Both the position numbers and the translations under genes were made by a program. The notes below the pieces were generated by a model. The model had not been told where the DNA came from. It saw only the letters and a list, made by a program, of their open reading frames with translations, and did no database searches. A stretch of 63,570 nt of DNA, the filler included, from Octopus bimaculoides (Eukaryota), in assembly GCF_001194135.2 (NCBI RefSeq). It is 5 parts of 4 records of this genome, joined end to end, with 100 filler letters (N's around TTAATTAATTAA, not from the genome) between each part and the next. Parts side by side here need not be neighbours in the genome. Positions count along the whole stretch, not along the records: positions 28,892 to 50,697 come from NC_068982.1; 4 more parts are not named here. The stretch is one strand, 5' to 3'. Positions 35,228 through 48,974 of the stretch are shown here, one piece after another; within the stretch, counting starts at the first letter, position 1; the number at the start of each line of letters is the position of its first letter.

Positions 35228-35620
35228 GTAGGATTGGCTGTGTGGTTAAGTAGCTTGCTTACCAACCACATGGTTCCGGCTTTAGTCCCATTGTGTGGCA
35301 CCTTGGGCAAGTGTCTTCTGCCATAACAGCGAGCCAACCAAAGCCTTGTGTATGGATTTAGCAGACGGAAACTGAAAGAAGCCCGTCGTATATATGTATA
35401 TATGTGTGTGCGTATGTGTGTGTTTGTGTGTCTCTTTGTACCACCACCATCGCTTGACAACGGATGCTGATGAGTTTACGTCCCCGTCACATAGCAGTTC
35501 GGCAAAAGAGACCGATAAAATAAGTACTAGGCTTACAAAGAATAAGTCCTGGGGTCAATTTGATCGACTAAAGGCGGTGCTCCAGCATGCCCGCAGTCAA
35601 ATGACTGACACAAGTAAAAG
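35228..35620 (+). mobile_element. SINE family B, full length
   Basis: GGCTGTGTGGTTAAGTAGCTTGC...GGCACCTTGGGCAAGTGTC...GTCAAATGACTGACACAAGTAAAAG. Confidence 0.9.
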
Positions 35621-35696
35621 AAAAAAAGAAACGAATATATATATATTTTATTTATAATATTATATGATTGAGCGCCACGCATCCATTTCCAAGTAA

Positions 35697-35698
35697 GT

Positions 35699-35744
<46 letters not shown>

Positions 35745-35757
35745 GTCTATCTATCTG

Positions 35758-35821
<64 letters not shown>

Positions 35822-35822
35822 C

Positions 35823-35854
<32 letters not shown>

Positions 35855-35971
35855 ATATATATATATATAGGCAGGCAATCAGACTGTTAAACAGATAAAC
35901 AGCTAGAGAGAGAAAAAGAAAGAGGGGAGAGAGAGGGAGAGATAATGAAAGAGAGAGAGAGTGAGAGAGAG

Positions 35972-36002
<31 letters not shown>

Positions 36003-36003
36003 A
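35697..36003. repeat. (ATCT)n, (AT)n and (AG/AAAG)n microsatellites
   Basis: Directly visible simple repeats; they explain ORF 35668-35898. Confidence 0.95.
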
Positions 36004-38405
36004 AATTGTTACATTGAAGGTCCTGATGATGTGAACTGATGCCATATCGAGAGTCTGGTGTCAGATTGAATCTGAGGGTGAACGTGTTTGCGAAGAGATT
36101 CAAGAGCCATATTCTGTCGTATTGTTTTGATGATGTTCTTTAAAACAACTCTGTTTCCACTTTAATTGTCGCTTCAGTCCTGTGATAAAATGCATCTGGG
36201 TAATATATTTACTCTACATCTCATTCAGAAAAAAAAAAAGAAACTTGAGGAACAGGGATTATAGGAAATAGAGCTATTTCGAGATGAGCAAAACTTACGA
36301 ATTTACTAAGGTAAAAATTGCCTTACATCTAACATTATTTTGATTTCCTCTTCATTAACTACTCAAATTGAAGATCCTATACACGGAAACCGGCAGAACG
36401 CGAACGATCTTGTCTACTTATTGCTTCACCATGCAGATCGCCTCTTTTTATTTCTCAAAGTAGAATTTGTTAGAGAAGTGAGCGGTTCGAATATTGTCAA
36501 GGAAACTGTAATTCTATTGTTCACTGTTCATTTTGTTTCGAATTAATGCATACAAGGTGTAGTGTAGTAATACTAAAATCTAAGCCCTTAATTAAATGCA
36601 CGAAAATGCAGAGCAAATGAACCTCATAGTGTGTTGTAAGCCTCTGAAATTGAAGTGATGCAAATCTCACTCATTACTGAAGCACACTTGAGTTTGAATT
36701 TCACACTTGTCAACAATGATACTAAATTCCGACAACACCTTTTACAGGACGAATGACAGTTTCATAGTTTTCTTCTGGCAGTTCAATGACTGGACGACTA
36801 AAATCTCCAGTTGTAAATGAGTAAAGATGTTGATTAACAAGTTTATATGTCCAGGAGAAATAATAATACTTATCCTTCAATATTAAAGACGCATATATCG
36901 TTGCGAGCTTCTAGGTGTTCTAAATCTAAAAATTTACGCAACTTTCATCATTGATTATACTATTTACAAAAAGTAGTTCAAAACGCACAGAAGCCATGCA
37001 GAATTTTGGAGTGATTCAAGAAGTAAACATTGTATTTGCTGATACTTTTAATTGATAAAGTAACTGTAAAGTTTCCCGTATTATTGAGCTTCCTTTATTA
37101 TTAGGACTTATGTTTATGCACCCCCCCCCCCAAAAAAAAAAACCAACAAAAAAACAAAAACAAAAACACAATGTAAGATAGCCCCATTGGTAAGAATATG
37201 TAGGCCCTTGAATCAGTGTAGCCCTCAGCTAATGAGCACTTTCTCTTACGTATTTAGCTAAATTTCTCCACTTTATAAATCTAAACAGGCGCAAACGTAC
37301 ATATACACACACACTCACAACACACATACAAACACACACACACACACACACACACAAATTCATCCTTAATCCATTGATTTGGGCAACGTACTTGTATTCA
37401 TGGGGATTTATTCTGCTCTCGAAATATCAGAAATGTCAACTTAGTTCGCTGGGTGGCTCGTTTAATCGTTTAATAGAAGCAATACTTTGTTGCAAATATT
37501 ATGTCTAGCACCGTACGTTTCTCTGGCAGGACAAAAACGTTTGTAAATACGCTTTGTAAAAGGCTTTAAGTCACCCATGACTTCTTATTTCAACGCCAAA
37601 TAAGAGGCTGATTAAGTTTTGTGTAACCCTTGAAAGCACTTGGATTTTCAAAGTAATACACTTTAATTTCATATCACCAACGGCATATCCTCCCAAAATT
37701 AGAGTCAGACGATATTAGGAAGCTTTAATTCCTGGTGCTGACATGCCTTCTCGAGAAATAAAAGTTATAGAAGGCATGCGCTTCCAAGAATGTGAAGGCA
37801 TCTGTATAGCGTTCTCAGTTTCAGCAATCATTAATATGTTGCGCAAATTCATGATTCTCTGAAACCTTTCAAAACAGCTTTTAATAACAAAAACAAAAAA
37901 TAATAATAATAATTTGCATTAGAAGTTTCACATTTATTTTTATGAAACTTTTCGTGCGAAAAATACCTACGCTGAACTATTGAGAAATCTACGGTTATTC
38001 TACCCAGATTACATGTTCAGGTTTATGCCTATAATTATTGTGGTAGTAGGATATGTAACACACTGCCTAAGTACCAATCTTGAACCAGAACGGAGAAAGC
38101 TGATTCGAAGACTATAAATCCAAGCCAGCATTAGAACTGTAAAAATTTGTAAAACGTTCAAGAAGTTTATCATTTAAGTACATGTTCACATGTCTAGACA
38201 TGCAAATATATGCACGAAAATAAATACACAGAAAACCATAGAAGTCTTTCTATATTAGCAAGAAATCTTGAAGTAAAAATAAATAATGATACACATATAA
38301 AGTTTAAGGTGGAGAGATATGTATTTGTAATACCATACATCCTACTTATTTCCCTCCTCCTTCCCTGCCTCCCTGCCTCACTCCCTCCTTACCTACCTAC
38401 ATATA

Positions 38406-38437
<32 letters not shown>

Positions 38438-38917
38438 AAAATACCCTGTTACTGATGTTGAAATTCCAATGAAGGAGCCTTGGATCTAGGTTAGAGACTG
38501 GCACTTTCTCGATTGGCAAGAAATCTTGAAATAAAACTGAATAATGACATGCTTACATACATACTGCCATCTGTCTTCCAGATATTATCTCGCCTGGAGG
38601 CATGATGCAGTGGCCAAACCGGTATGGAACCCGATAACAAAAATGAAAACACCTATTGTCGAATCTATATTGAGACAGATGAGTAAACACAATATTGGTG
38701 GAACGTAAAAAAAAAAAAAATAAAAAACCGGCGAGATATTTGTGTGTGGAACCACAAGGAAAATATATATTCTGTTGTGGAAATCAGCAACCCTCTTAAT
38801 ACTAATGTGGTCCGAAATATCCTAGAGACACTAGACATTTATTGACAATAAATAAGAAGTTTGGAAATACAGTACCGAAGCTACACTTTCAGTTTCATAC
38901 TTGTTACTAGTGGAGCA

Positions 38918-39214
38918 GGAGGCGCAATGGCCCAGTGGTTAAGGCAGCGGACACGCGGTCATAGGATCGCGGTTTGGATTCTCAAACCGGCCGTTGTGAG
39001 TGTTTCTTGAGCGAAAACACCTAAAGCTCCACGAGGCTCCAGGGTCAGCCTTGTCACACTGTGTCACGCTGAATCTCCCCGAGAACTACGTTAAGGGTAC
39101 ACGTGTCTGTGGAGTGCGCAGCCACTTGCACGTTAATTTCATGAGCAGGCTGTTCCGTTGATCGGATGAACTGGAACCCTCGACGTCGTAAGCGACGGAG
39201 TGCCAACAACAACA
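38918..39214 (+). mobile_element. SINE family C with an internal deletion and 12-bp TSD
   Basis: ACTAGTGGAGCA at 38906-38917 and 39215-39226; lacks the roughly 90-nt segment between GGCTCC and AGGGTCAGCC found in other copies. Confidence 0.92.
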
Positions 39215-40142
39215 ACTAGTGGAGCAACATGATGCATAACCAACTCGTCTAGAGCAAAGTATGTTNNNNNNNNNNNNNNNNNNNNNNNNNNNNNNNNNNN
39301 NNNNNNNNNNNNNNNNNNNNNNNNNNNNNNNNNNNNNNNNNNNNNNNNNNNNNNNNNNNNNNNNNNNNNNNNNNNNNNNNNNNNNNNNNNNNNNNNNNNN
39401 NNNNNNNNNNNNNNNNNNNNNNNNNNNNNNNNNNNNNNNNNNNNNNNNNNNNNNNNNNNNNNNNNNNNNNNNNNNNNNNNNNNNNNNNNNNNNNNNNNNN
39501 NNNNNNNNNNNNNNNNNNNNNNNNNNNNNNNNNNNNNNNNNNNNNNNNNNNNNNNNNNNNNNNNNNNNNNNNNNNNNNNNNNNNNNNNNNNNNNNNNNNN
39601 NNNNNNNNNNNNNNNNNNNNNNNNNNNNNNNNNNNNNNNNNNNNNNNNNNNNNNNNNNNNNNNNNNNNNNNNNNNNNNNNNNNNNNNNNNNNNNNNNNNN
39701 NNNNNNNNNNNNNNNNNNNNNNNNNNNNNNNNNNNNNNNNNNNNNNNNNNNNNNNNNNNNNNNNNNNNNNNNNNNNNNNNNNNNNNNNNNNNNNNNNNNN
39801 NNNNNNNNNNNNNNNNNNNNNNNNATATATATATATATATATATACATAGTCACATTATGTACATGATATACACATATGTGTATGTATGTGGAAGTATGT
39901 ATGTAACGTGACGATAGTTTTTCATACCGTTAACCTATATAATTTACGTTTAATTAAAACGCAAGTGACTGTTAAACTAAGAAGAAAGTGTTGCTTTAAA
40001 TTGTTAACAATCTAAACTACGCAATTCGAGTTTATGTAAGAACAAAATTACAGACGGTATCCGAAATTAATGGTCATGTTTCAGTTTCCGTAACGTCAGA
40101 TCCCGTAGATTGAGATAGTCGTAGTGGAGATGGCGGTGCCTC

Positions 40143-40224
<82 letters not shown>

Positions 40225-40349
40225 TGAGGAGGGTATTGGATTTAACCAAACCCAAGAGGATACAGGTAATACCGAGTAAGTGCTGTATACCGACTCGTTT
40301 GCCCCAGTCGTTGTATGAACAGGATTGTTCATACATCAATTAGCGTGTG

Positions 40350-40494
40350 TATATGTAAATATATAAAAATAAAAAGATAAAGAAAGTAATGGTAAGGTTG
40401 GAGAAGTATTTTATGGATAGACTCTATCCATAAAATACTTCTCCAACCTTACCATTGCTCTCTTTATCTTTTTATTTTTATATATTTACATATA
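40350..40494. repeat. 145-bp palindrome: 72-bp arms, 1-nt spacer, 2 mismatches
   Basis: Symmetric about C40422; mismatches only at 40387/40457 and 40384/40460. Confidence 0.93.
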
Positions 40495-41232
40495 TATATA
40501 TATTGGTTACACTCTGTTTGACTGTCTGCTTCCCCCTCTCTCTCTTTCCCGCTCTATCTCACTCTACATGTATATTTATACAAAATGTACATATACACGC
40601 ACTCATCACATGTACATACACGCATAACTATACGACAGGCTTCTTTCAGTTTCTGTCTACCAATTCCACTCACAAGGCTTTGTTTGGCCTGAGGCGATAG
40701 TAGAAAACACTTGCCGAAGGAAGTACGAAGTGGTACTGAATCACGAACCATCGTCGAGTGACCGAGATCCACAACTACATATGTATAAATACGTAGATCA
40801 CCAGATAAGTGTTCAATGCAGCTGCAGACAATACACTTTCTCTCAGTGAATGACCTGCTTGACATCACTCAACAAAGAAGTAGAAAACTCAATTTTCAAA
40901 GTTACAGAAATATCCCATTGTATTAATTCAAGTCCACAAAACAAATTTAGCCAATATTCTTTCTTAATTCTTTTCACACTTTAACTTATATTGAGAAGAG
41001 TGAATATTAGCGATATCCAGAGAAATGCTTAGAGGATAGTGCATTTCGTCTGGTAGCCATCTTAAAATTTTTCATTTTCGTTTTCGTTAGCCCTGAAGAA
41101 TTTTGTAGGTTAGGTCTGGTGCTGTAACGTACCAAGACTCCCGAGAAGCTTCTTATAGGAAACCAGTTGTAGACTGCGTATATATGGGAGTATTTTACTC
41201 AAAAACATGTAAATCTATCTATCTATATATGC

Positions 41233-41305
<73 letters not shown>

Positions 41306-42129
41306 GAAGGGGAAATGGTACAGATGTACAGGGATACATATTCACTTATTGCTATGCATTCGCATTGTGGATGTTAATACATATCAAACATATTCGATTA
41401 AATAGAGTAGGTACACTCAGATAAACTAAACCGAAGTGAGTTATGACGTAAAGATGAACAAACAATAGATATCTATTTGTTTTCACACGCATAAGGACTT
41501 CAACCTAAGCAGAATATGGCTAGTTGTGATATTAAAGATTTCCCTAAAGATCATTAAAGTTATTAAGGAGCGCAAGGCAGTTCCTGTTCATGACTTGATA
41601 ATATTATATAAAATACCAGTATATTGAACCTTAAACTCTGTCTAATGCGAAAAGTTGCAGGAGCGAGTAACGGGTTAATTTTTAATGTATTGAATTTCAT
41701 TTTGTGTTGAAGACGTAGGACAGCCATTGCTAATATTTAGTACAGTTACTGGAAGATAATTGAATGTGATTAGAATATATATATTGTGATTGCTGTATAA
41801 TTACTAGTCAGGTAGATATCCTAACATAGCACTTAGATACAAAATGAGGAACAAATTGATTAGGTAATGGCAAAAAAAGAAACAAAGCATAAACGTACCT
41901 GGATAAGTAGATAAACTTACTTCAGTTTTCGAAATAATGTGATTTAAATGATTTATTCATCAACGAATCTATTTACCTCTCTCCTTCAGTTACCGCACTG
42001 TCTCTCTCTCCCACTCTTCTCTCTTTTTCTCTTTCACCCACTTTCTTTATATTCAAATGTGTGTAGTGTGCATTTGCACACACACACGCACGCGCGCGCC
42101 CACACAAGTACATGTCTGTTATTTTTAAT

Positions 42130-42164
42130 ATTTATATATATATTTATATATGTTTGTATGTGCG

Positions 42165-42250
<86 letters not shown>

Positions 42251-42395
42251 CGTACATACAAATATGCATGCATGTACGTATTTTTGTAAAATTATAACTA
42301 TATAGATACATACAAATATATTTATGCATATACACATATATATGTGTATACACATACATATGTATATATATATATACATATATACATACATACAT

Positions 42396-42455
<60 letters not shown>

Positions 42456-42553
42456 NNNNNNNNNNNNNNNNNNNNNNNNNNNNNNNNNNNNNNNNNNNNN
42501 NNNNNNNNNNNNNNNNNNNNNNNNNNNNNNNNNNNNNNNNNNNNNNNNNNNNN

Positions 42554-42612
<59 letters not shown>

Positions 42613-42615
42613 CAT
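42130..42615. repeat. (TA)n/(CA)n/(TACA)n microsatellite field with an N gap
   Basis: Directly visible; source of the poly-IY, poly-HT and poly-CV ORFs. Confidence 0.95.
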
Positions 42616-42848
42616 ATTATTTACATTATTTACATTTGACGGATATTTGTCATCTTATTTGTTGTTAACACAACGTTTCTGTTGATATACTCTCTAGCCT
42701 TCATGAGGTGTCTTGGAGAAATTTGGAACCTGGTTTCTCATTCCTAAGGTATTTTTCGTTGTTGTTGTTGTTGTTTTTGCTGTTCTTCTTCTTCTTCTTC
42801 TTCTTCTTCTTCTTCTTCTTCTTCTTCTTCTTCTTCTTCTTCTTCTTC

Positions 42849-42897
<49 letters not shown>

Positions 42898-42961
42898 TAC
42901 TACTATTATTATTATTAATATTCTTCAAGATTCCAGTTCGATTCGAAGCAGTGATCTGAAT

Positions 42962-43005
<44 letters not shown>

Positions 43006-43181
43006 CGACGACGACGACGACATCAACAACAACATCGAAAAATGCCTTAGGAATGAGAACCCGGGCTCGAAATCTCACCAAGACACCTTATGAAGGCTGG
43101 AGGGTATATCAGCCGAAACGTTGTGTTAACAAGAAACAAGATGAGGACAAATATCTGTCAAATGTAAATAATGCAAATAAT
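42616..43181. mobile_element. Inverted pair of Penelope-type terminal-repeat-like segments, each with a decayed minimal type I hammerhead, around trinucleotide microsatellites
   Basis: Arms of about 150 bp (42616-42770 / 43030-43181); plus-strand GACAC-CUUAUGA-A-GGCUG-loop-CAGCC-GAAA-CGUU-GUGUU at 43082-43127; mirror copy at 42712-42667 has core CUCAUGA and a broken stem II. Confidence 0.75.
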
Positions 43182-43514
43182 NNNNNNNNNNNNNNNNNNN
43201 NNNNNNNNNNNNNNNNNNNNNNNNNNNNNNNNNNNNNNNNNNNNNNNNNNNNNNNNNNNNNNNNNNNNNNNNNNNNNNNNNNNNNNNNNNNNNNNNNNNN
43301 NNNNNNNNNNNNNNNNNNNNNNNNNNNNNNNNNNNNNNNNNNNNNNNNNNNNNNNNNNNNNNNNNNNNNNNNNNNNNNNNNNNNNNNNNNNNNNNNNNNN
43401 NNNNNNNNNNNNNNNNNNNNNNNNNNNNNNNNNNNNNNNNNNNNNNNNNNNNNNNNNNNNNNNNNNNNNNNNNNNNNNNNNNNNNNNNNNNNNTATATAT
43501 ATATATATATATAT

Positions 43515-46500
43515 TGTTCTAGGGAATTAGTAATAATGGTACAGCCCTCCCACGAGGTAAAGAGAAATATGTGATGTACCAGAGTACGTAGTAAGTGGTC
43601 AAAGTCAGTCGTTTCACTTAGTATACAGAAGTGGGCATTATATCAATGCAGCATTTTAAGAATTATAACAGTGCCGAGGAGGATTTAATCAACTCACATG
43701 GAATTAAGAAATTGGAAGAGAAGTTAATGAACTCACAAATTTGATGTAAGAATTTTACGAAAAATCGTAAAAGTATGGAAAATTTGTTTGCAGGTTTGCT
43801 CGAATCAGCACTAACAACAGATGAAAGAACAACAACAACTGCAAATACAACTGCAAGAGCAACAACAGAAGCAATAACAACAACAAATAATATTACAGCA
43901 GAAAATGCTGCAATAACTGAAGTCGTCAGGAAAGTCAGAAATAGTGTTCTCGCCAGACTGCCGCGAACTCCATAACAGATTTCAAATACGAATCAGACGA
44001 AGGAATTACCTTCGAAACATACTACAGAAGATATAGTCTTTTACTCTTTTACTTGTTTCAGTCATTTGAGTGCGGCCATGCTGGAGAACCACCTTTAGTC
44101 GAGCAAATCGACCCCAGGACTTATTCTTTGTAAGCCTAGTACTTAATCTATCGTTCTCTTTTTGCCGAACTGCTAAGTTACGGGGATGTAAACACACCAG
44201 CATCGGTTGTCAAGCGATTGTGGGAGGACAAATATAGACACACAAACACACATATATACACATATATACGACGGGCTTTTTCAGTTTCCGTCTACCAAAT
44301 CCACTCACAAGGCTTTGGTCGGCCCGAGGCTATAGTAGAAAACACTTACCCAAGGTGCCACACAGTGAGACTGAACCCGGAACCATGTGGTTGGTAAGCA
44401 AGCTACTTGCCACACAGCCACTCCTGCGCAAATTTTCAATAAAGAATGTAAAAATTGGGACGAAGAGATGAAAACACGCTTAATTTTAAGAAATCCGGTG
44501 GCAGCGCAACATGTGCGTTACAACAATTATATACTCTCTAGAAAACCTTCGGACATAAACTTTAATGACACTAGATATATTGTGTAACATTTTCAATAAA
44601 AAAAAGCTCATTGTTCAACACTCGTTGGGAGTGTCTGAACAGAGAGAAAACAACGACGAGGACTACATGACATATTCTGGTAGAATTTACAGGGAATGCG
44701 AGGTCAAGCTGCATGAATGAACGCCAGATATGTTCAATTGCCTAAACTGCAGAAAAAAGATGCAGAAGTTAGAACTAAAACTCTCGATAAGCTGGCACGA
44801 AACCAGGATTTAACATTGCAACAAATGTCAGAAGAATGTGAAAGGATAGTCAAATTAAGACCCAGAGGAAACCGAATGTAAAGATTGTTTTCAAGTAGAG
44901 CAAGTGCAAAATAGTCAGAATAGCGATAAAGTGTTTTCTCAAAAACATTGACAAGAATCAGGAAATAAACCCATGGTTTGCATGTGGAGGTATACACCTG
45001 AGTAAAAATTGTCCATTTAAAAAGTGGAGTACTTTCGTTGTGGAAATATAGAACATATAAAGACGCACTGTAGAACGAAGATGACAACACGTCAGAACAA
45101 AAGAAAATGAATAAATAGTATGTCATCGCAAGAAATTGGTGATATAACGATGAGGAAATTCGTGTAGGTGAAAATCAGAAACACAAGTGTTAAAATGCAG
45201 TTGGACACTGGTAGTGATATCACCATTATTAACGAAAAAACTTGGGAATATGGTGGTAAGCCGAAATTAATTAACTCGAAAAATGTAGCAGATGATGTTA
45301 CGGGAAAAAGATTATATTTTTTCGGTGAATTCGCATGTAAACTTTCGAGGTCAAGCGAAAAAGGCAAATAATATGTGTTAAAAAATGTTCACTTGATTTA
45401 TTCGGCACAGAATGGATGGGACTATTCAAAGTATAGAATACTCCACAAGTGGTTTGAGTGGAAATATAGTCGGTTCAGTCGAATGTTCGGATGCGGCTGA
45501 GGGAGTGAAACAAAAAATTGCTGTAAAACGAAGTGGAATACCCCTGTGTAAGCCAAAATGAAAAAAAAAAAAAAATTGTCCACGATAAAAAAGTAAGCAT
45601 CGTTTAGAAGTAGATGTTCTGTGGTAGAGACTACACATCGGTTTCGCTGGTCCTTTAAATGGTTCTTGCTATTCAGAAGTAGTTGGAAGTTTTTCAAAAT
45701 GACCTGAAATTCGCAAATGTAAAAAAAACTAGCCTCCTGAATTGTGATAAACTTTTACACTAATTGTTTACAAGATTTGGCATCCCAGACAAGTCTGACA
45801 ATGGAACGTAATTTATGTCTAGCGAATTTAAAACAAATGGTGAAACATTCGCAGTTGAACGTATAACTATGGTGCCATACCATTCCAGATCTAATGGACA
45901 TGCAGGTAGCTAACTAGCGGAGCTGATGCTTGCAAGGAAAGTAAAATCAGTCTTTGGTAAGTTCTTACCTAGCAAGAAAAAGAAATGTGCCAGGGATGTC
46001 ACAGTAAGAGTCTTTAAAGTTGGTAAAAAGGTGTATATGAGAGCATACCAGAATGGAAAGCAGAGTTAGGAAGATGGCGTAATTACTAAATGCATAGGTA
46101 AAATGATGTATTGGGAAAAAAGTAGAAAAGGGATACAAAAGAGACACAAGAATCAACTGAAAAAGAGATTCGTGGATAACGAACCAAAGAAGTTGGAAAA
46201 CCGATGGAGTGTTTGTACCAACGCCACTGCAGGTGATTCAACCCTGGCGTACAAGTGAGAGGAAAAGAAAACATAGAGAGTTCCTGAAAATAGATACCAG
46301 GCACCAAAAAATTAAATTCTACGAAAAACCAAAATCTAAAAAAAAAAGGAGGTGGGGGGTGAATAAAAAATGTAAATAATGTACATAATTCCTCATCTCT
46401 TAAAGATAGAACTGTATTTAAAATATTGCTAAATAAAAAGACACTGCCTGAGAAACTCTTAAAAGGAGAAATGTTGCAGGGAATTAGTAATAATAGTACA

Positions 46501-46670
46501 CCTCTCCCACGTGACTAATGGAATAACATAGTCACTATAAGTAAAGAAAAGTACGTGAAGTACCAGAGTATATAGTAGTCGGCCAGAGATAGCCGTATCT
46601 TTACTGGTTTTACTACGTATGCTGTATTTCAAAGTGGGCGTTATATCAGTTCAACATTTTAAGGATCTAT
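43515..46670 (+). mobile_element. Ty3/gypsy LTR retrotransposon, decayed, RT/RNase H deleted
   Basis: 5' LTR 43515-43670 (TGTT...AACA) homologous to 3' LTR from 46472; purine tract AAAAGGAGAAA before the 3' LTR; gag (FNKECKNWDEEMKTRL...YILSRKPSDINF), CCHC knuckle near 44990-45075, protease MQLDTGSDITII near 45200, integrase remnant (FGIP...SDNGT...PYHSRSNG) near 45780-45905 and an SH3-like tail. Confidence 0.88.
44035..44427 (-). mobile_element. SINE family B nested in the gypsy gag
   Basis: Full family B consensus interrupting the gag reading frame. Confidence 0.9.
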
Positions 46671-46686
46671 ATATATATGTGTGTGT

Positions 46687-46722
<36 letters not shown>

Positions 46723-46732
46723 NNNNNNNNNN

Positions 46733-46784
<52 letters not shown>

Positions 46785-47195
46785 CGTATGCTTGTATGTA
46801 TGTAAGAGTGTGTGTGTACAAAAAGAAAAAAAGTGGCTCTCAGCACACTTGTTAGGAATTACATATATTTAATAACAATTCCATTCAGCTCCATGGTACT
46901 TAAAGTTTGGTGTGCCTCGTAAAACGAAACTAGATCTTAGGGCATAAGATGATGGAATTGCAGAAAGTTCAAGATGGCTATGAACATTGGACTTATATAG
47001 GTCACATGGTGTCATTAGTATTCATACAATGACACCATGTAGAAAGTTCTATTTCTAGGACAGCCCGCTTTAACAAGGTTTTGCTAGCGCCTCGCTGTCT
47101 AGGGAATGAAGAGAGAGTTATTAGCGACAGTACTTGCCGGTGTGCATGTTTGTGTGGTTATACTAGCCCCATGAATTGTGAGTGGAATTAAAATA

Positions 47196-47855
47196 CAAGG
47201 GGGTACTAAAAAGAAACCAGAATTTTGCAATATTAATTTATTCACTTAGCTTTACACGTTTACATATTTTTAGCCTTCACAGTATTCTCCATTTGAAGCA
47301 ATGCATCGGTCCAGATGTGTTTTCCACTGTTCGAAGCAGTCCTCGAACTCTTGCGATGTGATGTCTTTTAACGCGTCTGTCGTTTTTTTCTTCACTTTTC
47401 CCACATCTGCAAAACATTTTCTTTCAAGGACTTTTTCAGGGGGGGGGGGGGGGACAAAAAAAGCTGCAGGGAGCAAAATCGGATGAATAAGGGTGGGTAA
47501 GTGGGTGTTCTGCCATTTTTAGTCAAAAACTCGTTTCACACTGAAGGCGATGTGCGGAGGCGCATTGTCGTGATGAAACGTCCACTCCACTTTGCCACCC
47601 GGCGGGGCGTTTTCATTTCACCGCGTCTCGTAAATGTTTCAGAACTGCCAAGTAAAATGTCTGGTTAACAGTTTGACCAGGAGGAGCAAATTCTGTGTGA
47701 AGAATTCCTTTCACATCAATGAAACAAATCTGCATCGTCTTGACATTGGACTTGACTAGATGAGCTTTGGGGGGAGGGGGCGTGGTGACATTGGATGCTT
47801 CCATTGACTTGATTACTGCTTCGTCTCCGTGTTGTCGCCGTTGCACCACCTTTTG
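47196..47855 (-). mobile_element. mariner transposon 3' half (catalytic region and TIR), decayed
   Basis: GDE..., KSNVKTMQICFIDVKGILHTEFAPPGQTVNQTFYL, FHHDNAPPH, HPPYSSDFAPC, FEDCFEQWKTHLDRCIASNGEYCEG; TA (47194-47195) followed by the TIR CAAGGGGGTACTAAAAAG. Confidence 0.9.
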
Positions 47856-48203
47856 TCAAAGGCTTCTGATTTGAAGTGTAGAAAGTGCGCCGTTACATTG
47901 ATGCTGTCATTAGAGAGGCTATATAGTCTTTAGTAGACCAAGACGTTCGATTACTGTAGTTAATATCGCAGGTGTTTTCTTTCTTTCCTTTCCCATTCTT
48001 CCTCTCAAGTGGTAGTTTCTTATTCATCCATGTTTATGTGGATTAAACAAACAGGAAGAATTAACATCAGTGACGTGTGTATAACACGCAATTACGTGAA
48101 GTAATGCTATCGGCCCCTTTCTACGGCAATACTCGACAAGTGGAGCCGGGTTTTATGAATACGTAATTGATGTTTTGCATATATTATGAAATAAGTGATC
48201 ATT

Positions 48204-48247
<44 letters not shown>

Positions 48248-48257
48248 NNNNNNNNNN

Positions 48258-48295
<38 letters not shown>

Positions 48296-48419
48296 TAAAA
48301 TATTGGTATCGATTAGGTATTCTGGTTTCTTGTATATACACGCAAATAAAACATACTTATATACATACCTACGTACATACTTACACACATATATAATATG
48401 TATATATATATGTATATAT

Positions 48420-48605
48420 ATTCTTTTATTCTCTTGCGGCCATGCTGGAGCACCACCTTTAGTCGAAGAAATAGAGCCCAGGACTTATTTTTGTAACCCT
48501 AGCATTTATTTTATCGGTCTGTTGTGCCGAACCGCTATATGACGGGCAGGTAAACACACCAACATCTGTTGTCAGATGATGATGGGAGGACAAGCACAGA
48601 CACAC
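48420..48605 (-). mobile_element. SINE family B, 3' half, running into microsatellites
   Basis: GCGGCCATGCTGGAGCACCACCTTTAGTCGA...GGACAAGCACAGACACAC. Confidence 0.8.
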
Positions 48606-48687
48606 AAATACATTCACACACACACACAAACGCACGGACACACACACACACACACACACATACATATATACATATATATGCAAATAA

Positions 48688-48770
<83 letters not shown>

Positions 48771-48906
48771 NNNNNNNNNNNNNNNNNNNNNNNNNNNNNN
48801 NNNNNNNNNNNNNNNNNNNNNNNNNNNNNNNNNNNNNNNNNNNNNNNNNNNNNNNNNNNNNNNNNNNNNNNNNNNNNNNNNNNNNNNNNNNNNNNNNNNN
48901 NNNNNN

Positions 48907-48974
<68 letters not shown>

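Noticed and set aside
36720-36910. 62-codon minus-strand stop-free frame (KLATIYASLILKDKYYYFSWTYK…)
   Set aside because: No homology recognised, and frames of this length are expected by chance in 63 kb.
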